Part shown: positions 48,851-61,953 of the stretch, in pieces
Layout: each line of letters begins with the position of its first letter
How positions within the stretch are numbered: the first letter of the stretch is position 1
NCBI RefSeq assembly: GCF_006345805.1
Contig: NC_043010.1
Location: 25,916,001-25,980,000, forward strand
Origin: Octopus sinensis
Lineage: Eukaryota
Length of the DNA stretch: 64,000 bases
Direction: 5' to 3'
Made by a program: the position numbers and the translations under genes
Notes under the pieces: model-generated
Told to the model about the DNA's origin: nothing
What the model saw: only the letters and a program-made list of their open reading frames with translations
Databases searched by the model: none

Positions 48851-51800
48851 GGCGATCTTTCGTCTCTAGTAGACCTTTCCGTCGATCTCCGTAAAAAACT
48901 TCTTTTTTTTTTACATATGGGCTTGCGGGAACTTTTGAAGTAATGAGAGCGAAAGAGACTAAGAGAAAGCGATTGTATGACGAGGGAAGTTCTTTTGAAG
49001 TTACCGTGCATGGGGAAGCATTGATGTACATATGTGTGTGTGTGTGTGTGTTTGATGGGGTGTGGGAGACAGACAGTATGTTGTGTAAGTGAAGTGCTTC
49101 TGTTAGTGTGTGTGAAGAGACAGAGTAATGTGTGAAAGAGAGAGATAACTGAAATTTTTTACTCGGTGTATGTGTATATGTATGTATGTGTGTGTGTGTA
49201 TGTATCTATGTATGTGTGTGTGTGCATGTATGTGTGTGTGTATGTATGTGTGTGTATGTATGTGTGTGTGTGTATGTATGGCCGATTCAGTGTTTACATT
49301 ATTTCGAGTTAAAACGAAAGATTACCTTTGCCTGTTTATGTAACGGTCTGCTATGTAGAAAATAATGAGGTGGACTCAATGGAATAATGACCGTGATCGA
49401 AGATATAGACAAATTTTTTTTTATTTAATCGTTATACATGCCTTGTCGACTGCTACTGTGCAGCCTTAATGTTTCTGTTGATGTGACGATGGTGAAATGG
49501 TAAGAAAAAGACGGGAGAGTTATAAAATGAGGAGGAGATATTCTTCTCATGAGAAAAGAGTTGCATGCAAAGGAAAAGGCTTTGAGGAAAAGGCTTCGTT
49601 TCACGTTACTATGATCGACACAGTTTTAAATGGGCAACCCTACCCGTCTAACCTCAGGGTGGCATCACTCAGAAGCTACAACAATGCGAGGAAGCGCATT
49701 GTGACCAGCGATATGTAGCAACATCCGACAGTCTAGTCGGCACAGTGATTTGTGTTGTTTTGAGACGAAGGGACAGTTCCGAAAGGCCAAATTCCTCTTC
49801 TCCCCACGGCACACGAACTCATCCAAACTTAAGAATCAACATGGCTTTGCTAAGTCAATTGATGTGTTTTCCGTTTGACTTAAAACTTTTCTGCGTCTAC
49901 ACAGACACCACACGAAAACAATAGGTGTCACAGTGATATACCTCTTTTTCTACAGTCGGGCGAAATGAAGAAGTGACAATGCCACCTTCACATTCTCTAT
50001 TGTCAGCATCGAGCATCGACAATTGGTGACAGACCGACGTTATTAGAATACATCAACCACAACGATACAACTGTTACCCACAACGTGATTCGAACACAAC
50101 AACCCTGCCACAATTGCTGACCCCCGAGCCACAGAACTGCAGTCTTCGTTACCTTATCCATTACATTTGGTGAGCTCGACTTCAAAGACTTACTACTTTA
50201 GCATCGCATGAACTCTTGAAAACAATTACAGTCCGTACCAGTCGCATCAACAAGAATTATAGGACACGAACTTTCACGACGCATAGTTTTCAGTTCCATC
50301 GTCACATGCCCAACACAACACGAAAGGAATGAAGTCACCGACTCAATGGACACACACTAATTACATTCCACATGTACTGCAACCCGATGCACAGATCCAC
50401 GAGGGAAACAGTTGCCATACATAAATGCAACACTTAGGACAGCTACCCAACCAAGAGAACTAACCTTTTCTCACTTTTCAGCATAGACTTCTCACACAGG
50501 ACATTACCAATAGGATTTTGTCACTTTTCGTTACACATTTTGTACTGTTCGTTCCTTTTGCTGCACAACACAATGTTTACACATGCATATATATGCATGC
50601 TTGCACCCAGTTTCTGTGCACATCTATAGACTATTAACTTTTTTTTTCCTTTGCATGTGTAGCAATATCGTTCCCTCATTGCTATCTTCACTGTTTGAGA
50701 AGAGTATTAAGAATAATCTCGTTCGAGATTACAAACATCTTCGGCTAGTTTAACATTGTTGTAAACACTAATCCGATTGGCTGACACGTGGTTTCTACTA
50801 CGTTCGCACCGCTGGTTGTCACGTGACGCGATTTGCCTCCGCTTATTTTCGCGCCATTGTTCCAAGCAGCCAATCACAGCTTTCCATTTCTGAAGTTAGT
50901 TTTGAGCCACATAAACCTTATAAAAGAAGTGTTCTCAGACAAATATCCGTCTTAGGTTTTTAGTTCTTTTCAGAACTAACCTCTGACCACAGAGTTCGTC
51001 TTTGGTTCTAGTCCTTCTCAGAGCTAACCTCTGACCACACAGAGCATACTCGACCATGTTCCAGTTCGAAAGGCAGGCGACCACCATTAATACAAGATGT
51101 TACAGATACCTCTCATACTGTTAGTGTGAAAATACCACCACGAAAAGAACGGTTACAGGATATCTATAACTAGAGAAAAATAACCAAGCAGAATATATAA
51201 TGAAGACGCAGCAAAAACCAAGCGACAGACACAACTCATCGCCAAACATCGTCTCTATCTACTAAGGTTTAATTTGTACACAAGACAACTACAGATTCAA
51301 CTATAGCGGTTAGGTGAAAATATCACCACGAGAAAAACGGCTACAGTTAACACATCTGGAAGTATATTCATATCAAGAGAAAGATAAACACAACAAGTGA
51401 TTCAATTAATCTCAACTACGAGACGCAACATCTTGATATGGAACTCTTACCCTCCGTGTACCTCATAAACGGTAAATCAATTATCTGTCTTGAGTTCTAG
51501 CTCTTCTAAGAACTACCTTAAGCCATCTGCTACTACCTGTTGCTAGGCTGATACCAACAACATGAACTGTGAACCAAATTCCATTGTTATTTCTCTGGTC
51601 AGTACCTTTTATGCCTCACGAACACACAGACACAAAAACATGCTAACACTTACAAACTTCCAACCAACATGATTGTAAAATATGTAAAATAAATAATGTA
51701 TATATCTCAAAAAGAAATCTTGTTGTCATTCTACTGGGGTTACGTTGCCGCTGTATGTATTATATGGTCAGTAAATACTCATTAAGAATGGGATCGCGTG

Positions 51801-52132
51801 CGATTGTATTCCCTATACGATACGACCGCATGTGATCCTATTTTTATACATGCAACTCTTTTCTCATGAGAAGAATATCTCCTCCTCATTTTATAACTCT
51901 CCCGTCTTTTTCTTACCATTTCACCATCGTCACATCAACAGAGACATTAAGGCTGCACAGTAGCAGTTGTCAAAGCATGTATAACGATTAAAAAAAAAAT
52001 TTGTCTATATATTCGATCACTGTCATTATACCATTGAGTCCACCTCATTATTTTCTACATAGCAGACCGTTACATAAACAAACAAAGGTAATCTTTCGTT
52101 TTAACTCGAAATAATGTAAACACTGAATCGGC

Positions 52133-52168
<36 letters not shown>

Positions 52169-52520
52169 TACATAGATACACACACACACACATACATACA
52201 TATACACATACACCGAGTAAAAAATTTCAGTTATCTCTCTCTTTCACACATTACTCTGTCTCTTCACACACACTAACAGAAGCACTTCACTTACACAACA
52301 TACTGTCTGTCTCCCACACCCCATCAAACACACACATACACACATGTACATCAATGCTTCCCATGCACGGTAACTTCAAAAGAACTTCCCTCGTCATACA
52401 ATCGCTTTCTCTTAGTCTCTTTCGCTCTCATTACTTCAAAAGTTCCCGCAAGCCCATATGTAAAAAAAAAAGTTTTTTACGGAAATCGACGGAAAGGTCT
52501 ACTAGAGACGAAAGATTGCC
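48851..52520. mobile_element. Foldback / Mutator-like element with ~0.7-kb TIRs and a 2.3-kb non-coding interior
   Basis: Arms 48851-49567 and 51849-52520 are inverted copies; perfect 9-bp TSD CGGTTCTGC; ends GGCGATCTTT / (rc) GGCAATCTTT. Confidence 0.93.
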
Positions 52521-52596
52521 CGGTTCTGCCAGCTCGCCACCTTAAATAAATATATATATACATACACACACACGCATACATACATACATACATACA

Positions 52597-53883
<1,287 letters not shown>

Positions 53884-53923
53884 TATATATATATATATAT
53901 ACACACACACGCACACACACACA

Positions 53924-54030
53924 TATATGCGAAGTTAGATCAGTAAGCCCTAAGAAAATTTATATAGGAAGTACTATTGTTTTTAAAAATAGATATAGGG
54001 GATGCAACAATTCATTTATTCACTCCAATA
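53924..54030 (+). pseudogene. GIY-YIG endonuclease remnant (Penelope-like)
   Basis: CEVRSVSPKKIYIGSTIVFKNRY resembles the YIG...R segment of the three Penelope ORFs in this window. Confidence 0.45.
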
Positions 54031-54959
54031 TAACAAAATTCCACGATATTAGCATCATACATTATTCACCTCAAAGAGTGTAACATTGAGTATAATTAAA
54101 GGTGGTCGATAATTACTGAATCAACACCATATAACACACATACTAAGTCTTGTAGGCTTCACATAAAGGAATCGAGTTACATCGACCCCCAAGTACTCAT
54201 TCTATCGGTCTCTTTTGTGAAGCTGTTAATTTATGGGGACGCAAACATACCAACATTAGTTGGCAAGCAATGTATATAATAATAATAATAATAACAACAA
54301 CATAAATAATATATATGTATATGCATATGTAGATGATGTGTGTGTGCGTAAATAAATACATAAACTGTTTCATGATTAAAAAGGGATTTATTTACATGGG
54401 TTATAAGTTCACTACATAAAAATGTAAGCAAATGCTACGCATTGCTTGTACAGAACACATATTAAAGATGAATATGTTTGTGTGTGTGTGTGTGGGTATG
54501 TGCGTGAATCATTCAGAACAGTAACCTGTAGGCATTTCTCTAGTCGTCTCCAAAACGAGGGTGTCTGCTGCTGTGTCAGCTCCGATTGTCTGTTGCTCTG
54601 TTTTTCCCCTTTGTATTTATAATATCTCAAACAGCTAGAAAGATAGCTATACTGCAACAGAGTTACTACTTAAGTAGGTCATCGTTTGTCCAGGCCGTAG
54701 GTCAAAGGGAGATGATCAATCACTTTTTGACAGAACAAAGGGATTCTTAAATTTCGCGCCTATACATGCATTGGTATTTGACGACCGATGATTCTTGGAT
54801 TCGATTTCGAATCCAAGCTTAGAGAAGGAAGTGCTAACTCTTACACATATATACATATATGTACATACCTACATATATATGTATATATACATGCATATAT
54901 GGGTAGAGGACGTAAAAAAAAACGTGACCAAAATGAAAAACGAGAACATAAAAAAACAA

Positions 54960-57900
54960 AAACATGGAAAACGAACTTTTCAGCTTCTATGCAGAATGAA
55001 GCAACTTCTTGGAGATGAGCGCCTTCCCTACAGAATTTTCAAGCAGCTTTTTCTCCAGTGTCTGTTCTCCAACACGCAGGTGGTCCTCGCTTCCACACGA
55101 GAATCTACATTGATTGAGGAACTGGCGGACCTAGCGGACAAAATAGCCGAGGTACCTGACGGTGACTCCAGCCGCTCCCTCTACCAATCCTTTCCTTTCG
55201 CCGACCAGTTCTTCCAAAATTTCGGAGTTGCGTTCATTAATGATGCAGCAAGCAGCTCAGATACAGAACCTCTCGACTCAAGTACAGGCCCTATCGCTTG
55301 GAACCCAAAGTCGAAGCAGTAGCCGATCGCGTCGAGATGGTAGACGGGCCCGAAGCCCCAGTGCTACCCGCAACTCCCATGACACGTGTTGGTAGCACCG
55401 AAAGTTTGGTACACGGTCGCAAAAATGTACGATCCCATACTCGTTTTCGTCATCCAGTTCGGGAAACGACACAGCCAGGAATTGAACGCGACGGAAGTTC
55501 CTGGCTCATCCACAAAGTCGCCTGTTTTTCGTTTGCGATTGGGTAACAGGCACGCGTTTCCTGGTTGACACCGGTGCGGAAGTCAGCATCATCCCTGTTT
55601 CCAACACTTCAGGGAAAAGAAAAGGGACACCAGTCTGTCTTCAGGCAGTTAACCACTCACCCATTCTAACGTACGGTGAACAGTCCCTAACACTGAACTT
55701 AGGACTACGCCGCACCTTTCAGTGGGTATTTGTCATCGCTAAACTGCCGACCCCTATCTTAGGAGCCGATTTCCTGCATCATTTCGGTCTCCTGGTAGAC
55801 ATCAAACACAGGAGACTTGTCGACAGCACCACACAGCTTACTGTGCGCGGTATAGCTGCTCGTATGGCCACAGTCAGCCCAACTATATTGCTCACAACAA
55901 CAACTCGTCACAGTTCTGCCCTGAAAGAATATCCGGACGTCGCTCGGCCAGTATTCCTCAACCAGCCGATCAAGCACGAAGTCACCCACCACATCAAAAC
56001 CAGCGGTCCACCTGTTGCTGCAAGGCCCAGAAGGTTACCACCTGATCGTCTCAAGGCCGTCAAGCGGGAATTCCAGCACATGCTCGACTCTGGAATCATC
56101 CGCCCGTCCAGTAGCAATTGATCCGTGCCGATCCACTGCGTTCCAAAACAATCATCGACCGATTGGCGGGTTTGCGGTGATTATCGATCACTGAATAAAA
56201 GTACTGTAAGTGATGCATACCGCTGCCCTATCTGCAGGATTTTTCTAGCTCGCTGCATGGAGCTCGCATCTTTTCCAAGATCGACCTTATGTGAGCATAC
56301 AACCAGATCCCAGTGGAACCTGCGGACATTCCGAAGACAGCAGTTACTGCATCTTTCGTAATGTTTGAATTCCTGCGTATGTCTTTCGGTTTACGCAACG
56401 CGGCACAAACATTCCAAAGGTTTATCGACATGGTTAATAGAGGTCTGCCTTTCATCTATGCTTACATAGACGACATACTCGTGGCCAGTAGCACGGACAA
56501 TGAACATCACCAACACCTGCACCTGCTATTTGAACGCCTCCGCAAATGCGGTGTGTAATCAACCCCAGCAAGTGATCGTTCAGAGTTGCTTCCCTTCATT
56601 TTTGGATTTTCCACCACCCACATCTCTCCAAAATTAAGGGAATATCTCGGCCTAGTGAATTTCTATCGAAGGTTCGTACCCCACCTCGCTGAGATAGCGC
56701 AACCGCTCACGGATTTGCTACGTCAGCGAACTTGCAAAAATACGAAAATTGCCCTGAACGAAGATCAACTCGCCTCTTTCGCAGCACTGAAAAAAGCATT
56801 ATCCGACGCTAACATGGTTTATCCAAAACCAGACGCCCCACGATGTTTACTCGTTGATGCATCCCATTCCGGAGTTGGAGGTGTACTACAGCAGCTTGTT
56901 GACGGCATATAGCAACAGTTGTCCTTCGTTTCTAAGCGGTTAAAACCCGCGGAAACGAAATACAGCACATTCAGTCGGGAATTATTAGTGGCATACCTGG
57001 CCGTTAAGCATTTCCGTCACATGCTAGAAGGTACCAATTTTGCCATATACACCAACCACAAGCCACTGGTTTATGCATTTAGCACCAAGCCGGATCGCCA
57101 CGCGCCGAGAGAAATTCGTCACCTCGACGGATATACGCCACATCAAAGAGACAACCAACTTAGCAGCCGATGCACTTTCACGCACGCAGATCAATGCTAT
57201 CCACACCACGTCTACAATTGATCTGGCACGTATAGCAGCTGACCAGGAGAATGACGAACTTCTAAAGCTCCGGAATTCGTCATCTCTGAAATTTCAGCAT
57301 GTTCCGCTACCATCGTCCACGGCCCATATTTGTTGTGATATCTCCTCCAACGGCCTTATATACCACAGAAACATCGTCGAGAAGTTTTCTCTGCTCTACA
57401 TTCTCTGTCACATCCTGGTATTCGCTCCACTCAAAAGTTGATATCGACCCGTTTTGTGTGGACCAGTATCAACAAGGATTTCAGAGAATGGACCAAGTGT
57501 TGTGTCACGCGCCAAAAAGCGAAAATCTACCGGCACATAAAATCACCAATCGGTTCCTTTTCGCAACCCGACGCACGATTCCAACACATTTACATCATAG
57601 GACCTCTGGCACCTTTGCAGAATTATACACATTTGCTTACCTGCGTAGATCGTTTATCGCGGTGGCCCGAAGCTTGGCCGTTATCTGATACATCGGCAGA
57701 AACGGTCACCAAAACGTTGATATCACAATGGGTTTCACGCTATGGCACACCCGCACCAATCACCACCGACAGAGGACGTCAGTTCGATTCTCACCTCTTC
57801 ACCGAGCTGACTCGTCTCCTCGGGTGTAAACACACCCGCACTACAGCTTACCACCCTGAAGCAAATAGCATGGTATAACGTTTTCACCGCCAACTCGAGG

Positions 57901-58260
57901 CATCTATAAAAGTATCTTCAGACGGTTCTCACTGGCTGGAACATCTCCCTCTCATCCTCCTTGGTATTCGATCCACGGTTAAGGAGGAAGTTGGATATAC
58001 TCCGGCTGAACTTGTCTATGGCACAGCACTCACCTTACCTGGAGAGATGATCGAACCTGTTTTATCAGAAGACTTTCCTGATCCAGCACAAAATATGCGC
58101 CGTTTACGGACATCCATGTAGCATGTATCACCTGCAGACCCCAGACAACGGAACGTCGTTTCACATGTCTCAAAAGACATCAACACTTGGACTCATGTTT
58201 TCGTGAGGAATGACGGGATACCATCTCAACTTCGGTCACCATATTCCGGGCCCTACATGG
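54960..58260 (+). mobile_element. Decayed Ty3/Gypsy of CsRn1/Kabuki type, LTRs not identified
   Basis: Degenerate CHCC gag motif CW*HRKFG...KC, GGGAAAC slippery site at 55461, FLVDTGAEVS, CGDYRSLN, YIDD (56463), [21 protein letters not shown]; many stops and frameshifts. Confidence 0.9.
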
Positions 58261-60735
58261 TATGTATGTATGTTGTGTTATGTAGGGTATGTTACGTTGT
58301 GTTTTGTATGGTATGTTGTGTTATGTACGGTATATTGTGTTATGTATGGTAGGTTGTGAATGTTATGTTGTGTATGTTATGTTGTGTTATGTATGGTATG
58401 TTGTGTTATGTATGGTATGTTGTGTTATGAACGGTATGTTGTGTTATGTATGGCATGTTGTGTATGGTATGTTGTGTTATGTTTGGTATGTTGTGTTATG
58501 TATTGTATGTTGTGTTATGTATGGTAGGTTGTGAATGTTATGTTGTGTATGTTATGTTGTGTTATGTATGGTATGTTGTGTTATGTATGGTATGTTGTGT
58601 TATGAACGGTATGTTGTGTTATGTATGGCATGTTGTGTATGGTATGTTGTGTTATGTTTGGTATGTTGTGTTATGTATGATATGTTGTGTTATGAACGGT
58701 ATGTTGTGTTATGTATGGTATGTTGTGTTATGTTTGGTATGTTGTGTTATGTATGGTATGTTGTGTTATGTATGATATGTTGTGTTATGAACGGTATGTT
58801 GTGTTATGTATGGTATGTTGTGTTATGTATTGTATGTTGTGTTATGTATGGTATGTTATGTTGTGTATGTTATGTTGTGTTATGTATGGTATGTTGTGTT
58901 ATGTATAGTATGTTGTGTTATGACTGTGGTATGTTCTGTTATGTATGTTATGTATGGCATGTTGTGTTATGTATGTTGTGTATGGTATGTTGTGTATGGT
59001 ATGTTGTGTTATGTATGGTATGTTGTGTATGTTATATTGTGTTATATATGTTATATTGTGTATGGTATGTTGAGTATGGTATGTTGTGTTTTGTATGGTA
59101 TGTTGTGTATTGTATGTTGTGTTATGGATGGTATGTTGTGTATGTATGGTATGTTGTGTTATGTATGGTATGTTGTGTTATGTATGATATGTTGTGTTAT
59201 GAACGGTATGTTGTGTTATGTATGGTATGTTGTGTTATGTATTGTATGTTGTGTTATGTATGGTATGTTATGTTGTGTATGTTATGTTGTGTTATGTATG
59301 GTATGTTGTGTTATGTATAGTATGTTGTGTTATGACTGTGGTATGTTCTGTTATGTATGTTATGTATGGCATGTTGTGTTATGTATGTTGTGTATGGTAT
59401 GTTGTGTATGGTATGTTGTGTTATGTATGGTATGTTGTGTATGTTATATTGTGTTATATATGTTATATTGTGTATGGTATGTTGAGTATGGTATGTTGTG
59501 TTTTGTATGGTATGTTGTGTATTGTATGTTGTGTTATGGATGGTATGTTGTGTATGTTCTGTTATGTATGGTATGTTGCGTATGTTATGTTGTGCTATGT
59601 ATTGTATGTTGTGTTATGTATGGTATGTTGTATTATGTTTGCTATGTTGTGTATGCTATGTTGTGTATGTTATGTTGTGTTATATATGGTTTGTTGTATT
59701 ATGTATGGTATGTTGTGTATGTTATGTTGTGTTATACATTGTATGTTGTGTTATGTATGGTATGTTGTATTATGTATGGTATGTTGTGTTATGTATGGCA
59801 TGTTGTGTATGGTATATTGTGTTATGTTTGGTATGTTGTGTTATGTATGTTATGTTGTGTTATGTATTGTATGTTGTGTTATGTATGGTATGTTGTGTAT
59901 GGTATGTTGTGTTATGTATGGTATGTTGTGTTATATATTGTATGTTGTGTTATGTATGGTCTGTTGTGTATGGTATGTTGTGTTATGTATGGTATGTTGT
60001 GTTATGCATGGTATGTTGTGTTATGTATGGCATGTTGTGTTATGTATGGTATGTTGCATTATGTATGGTATGTTGTGTATGGTATGTTGTGCTGTGTATG
60101 GTATGTTGTGTTATGTATGGTAGGTTGTGAATGCTATGTTGTGTTATGTATGGTATTTTGTGTTATGAACGGTATGTTGTGTTATGTATGGCATGTTGTG
60201 TATGGTATGTTGTGTATGGTATGTTGTGTATGGTATGTTGTGTATGGTATGTTGTGTTATGTATGGTATGTTGTGTTATGTATTGTATGTTATGTATGGC
60301 ATGTTGTGTTATGTATGTTGTGTATGGTATGTTGTGTATGTTATATTGTGTTATATATGTTATATTGTGTATGGTATGTTGAGTATGGTATGTTGTGTAT
60401 ATGTTATATTGTGTTATGTATGGTATGTTGTGTTATGTATGGTATGTTGTGTTATGTATGGTATGTTATATTATGTATGGTATGTTGTGTTATGTATGGT
60501 ATATTGTGTTATGTATGGTATATTGTGTATGGTATGTTGTGTTTTGTATGGTGTATTGTGTATGGTATGTTTTGTATGTTGTGTTATGTATGGTATGTTG
60601 TGTTATGTATGTTTTATTGTGTATGGTATGTTGTGTTTTGTATGGTGTATTGTGTATGGTATGTTGTGTTATGTATGGTATGTTGTCTTATGTGTGGTAT
60701 GTTGTGTATGTCATGTTGTGTTACGTATGGTGTGT
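58261..60735. repeat. GT-rich minisatellite (TATGTTGTGTTATGTATGG, 19/14-bp variants) with a ~412-bp higher-order duplication
   Basis: Direct inspection; track ORFs at 58806 and 59218 begin with the same long string, offset 412. Confidence 0.97.
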
Positions 60736-60736
60736 T

Positions 60737-61402
60737 TCAACCAATCGCTTAGGTCCATTTAGGTAAATAACATTGTATGCATAATGAATATGTCCCTCCT
60801 TTAAGAAACAGATTGGGTTTATTTACATTTGTGAAAAAAAAAGACACCCTAACCCACCCCTAACCCTAACTCTCACCCTAAATCTAAAATATATTGAAAT
60901 GCAATAGATCTATACTAGGGTTATAATTATGGGTGACAATTTCATACGACACCGCTACGGAAAATGGGATTTTTTTCTAGTGGTGTCAAATGAAAATGTT
61001 ACCCATAATTATGGCCCTAGTATCGATCTATTGCATTTCAATCTATTTTAGATTTAGGGTTAGAGTTAGGGTTAGTTAGGGTTAGGGTTTGGGTTAGGGT
61101 TAGGGGTTGCGGAAGGGTATCTTTTTTTCTTCACAAATGTAAATAAACCCAATCTGTTTCTTAAAGGAGGGACATATTCATTATGCACAGAATGTTATTT
61201 ACCTAAATGGACGTAAGCGATTGGTTAAAATTGCCAAAATGCTCGAAATTAAAGACGAAATATCTTACAACCTATAGAATTTTCTCAATAAAGCCAAGAG
61301 AAAATGATGTTTTATAAACACATTCTACCAGTATACGAAGTTTAAAACTTTTTAGTTACCTAGAAATTAAGTTACAAAGTGCCGTTCAAAAGGAAAAGAT
61401 CC
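60737..61402. repeat. Head-to-head pair of GGATC-TIR elements forming a ~490-bp palindrome with TTAGGG tracts
   Basis: 60739-60958 pairs with 60976-61226; TTAGGG variants at 61054-61106; terminal aaagatcc at 61402. Confidence 0.88.
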
Positions 61403-61953
61403 ACGTTTTACCACCATAATTCTAATCTATAACCTCGAAAATGTATCTCTGCAAAATTTCAGTAAAAGTCATGTACTTTCAGAAAATTACGAGGTAAATA
61501 ATGTTCTGTGTGATGCACCAATCTGTAGTTATGTCACAACATAGACTTAAACAGTAGTGCTGCCATGAAGAATGGCAAACAATAACAAGAATTCTTTCCA
61601 ACGAAAGAGCTTTTACGTAGTCGCACAACTTTCAGAATTATCAGCAAAATGTTCACAACGATTTCGCTGATTGGGAAAGAGGGTAGAGCATCAAGTGCAA
61701 ATGGCAGTAGCAACACCGAACCCCTGGTCGCTCGGTCTGTTTGTATAAGTGGACAAATCATGCCTTACTTTCTCTTATAAAAGGAAAGAGATGTGGATAT
61801 TTGTAGTCTTAGATACACTACGCTTGATAAATCGACGGGATGGTTACAGTTTGAATACTTTCGATAATAAGGATGATCTGGAGTTAAACGATAACTTTGG
61901 AACCACGCTACACCAAGTTGCTGAGAATTGGAGAAACAATCAGTTTGGAATAC

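Larger units (their letters stand above)
43683..52543 (-). mobile_element. One ~235-bp tRNA-derived SINE split into four pieces by three insertions
   Basis: Pieces 43683-43721, 48236-48332, 48758-48850 and 52521-52543 rejoin seamlessly after removing the TSDs; B box gagttcaaattcc. Confidence 0.9.

Noticed and set aside
50378-51744. Nested solo LTR inside the foldback element (tgcaaccc...ggggttacg)
   Set aside because: The ends are only roughly inverted and there is no TSD; left as one hypothesis in the cargo finding.
54423-54670. 5' LTR of the CsRn1-type element
   Set aside because: Starts with TG but has no clean CA end, no tRNA-Trp PBS and no second LTR for comparison.
58289-60766. Long Cys/Tyr/Val/Met-rich ORFs (up to 648 aa)
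   Set aside because: They are translations of the minisatellite, which is open in several frames because it rarely makes stops; no non-repetitive coding sequence.
61054-61106. Telomere
   Set aside because: Short, degenerate and internal to a TIR element; ordinary sequence continues on both sides.
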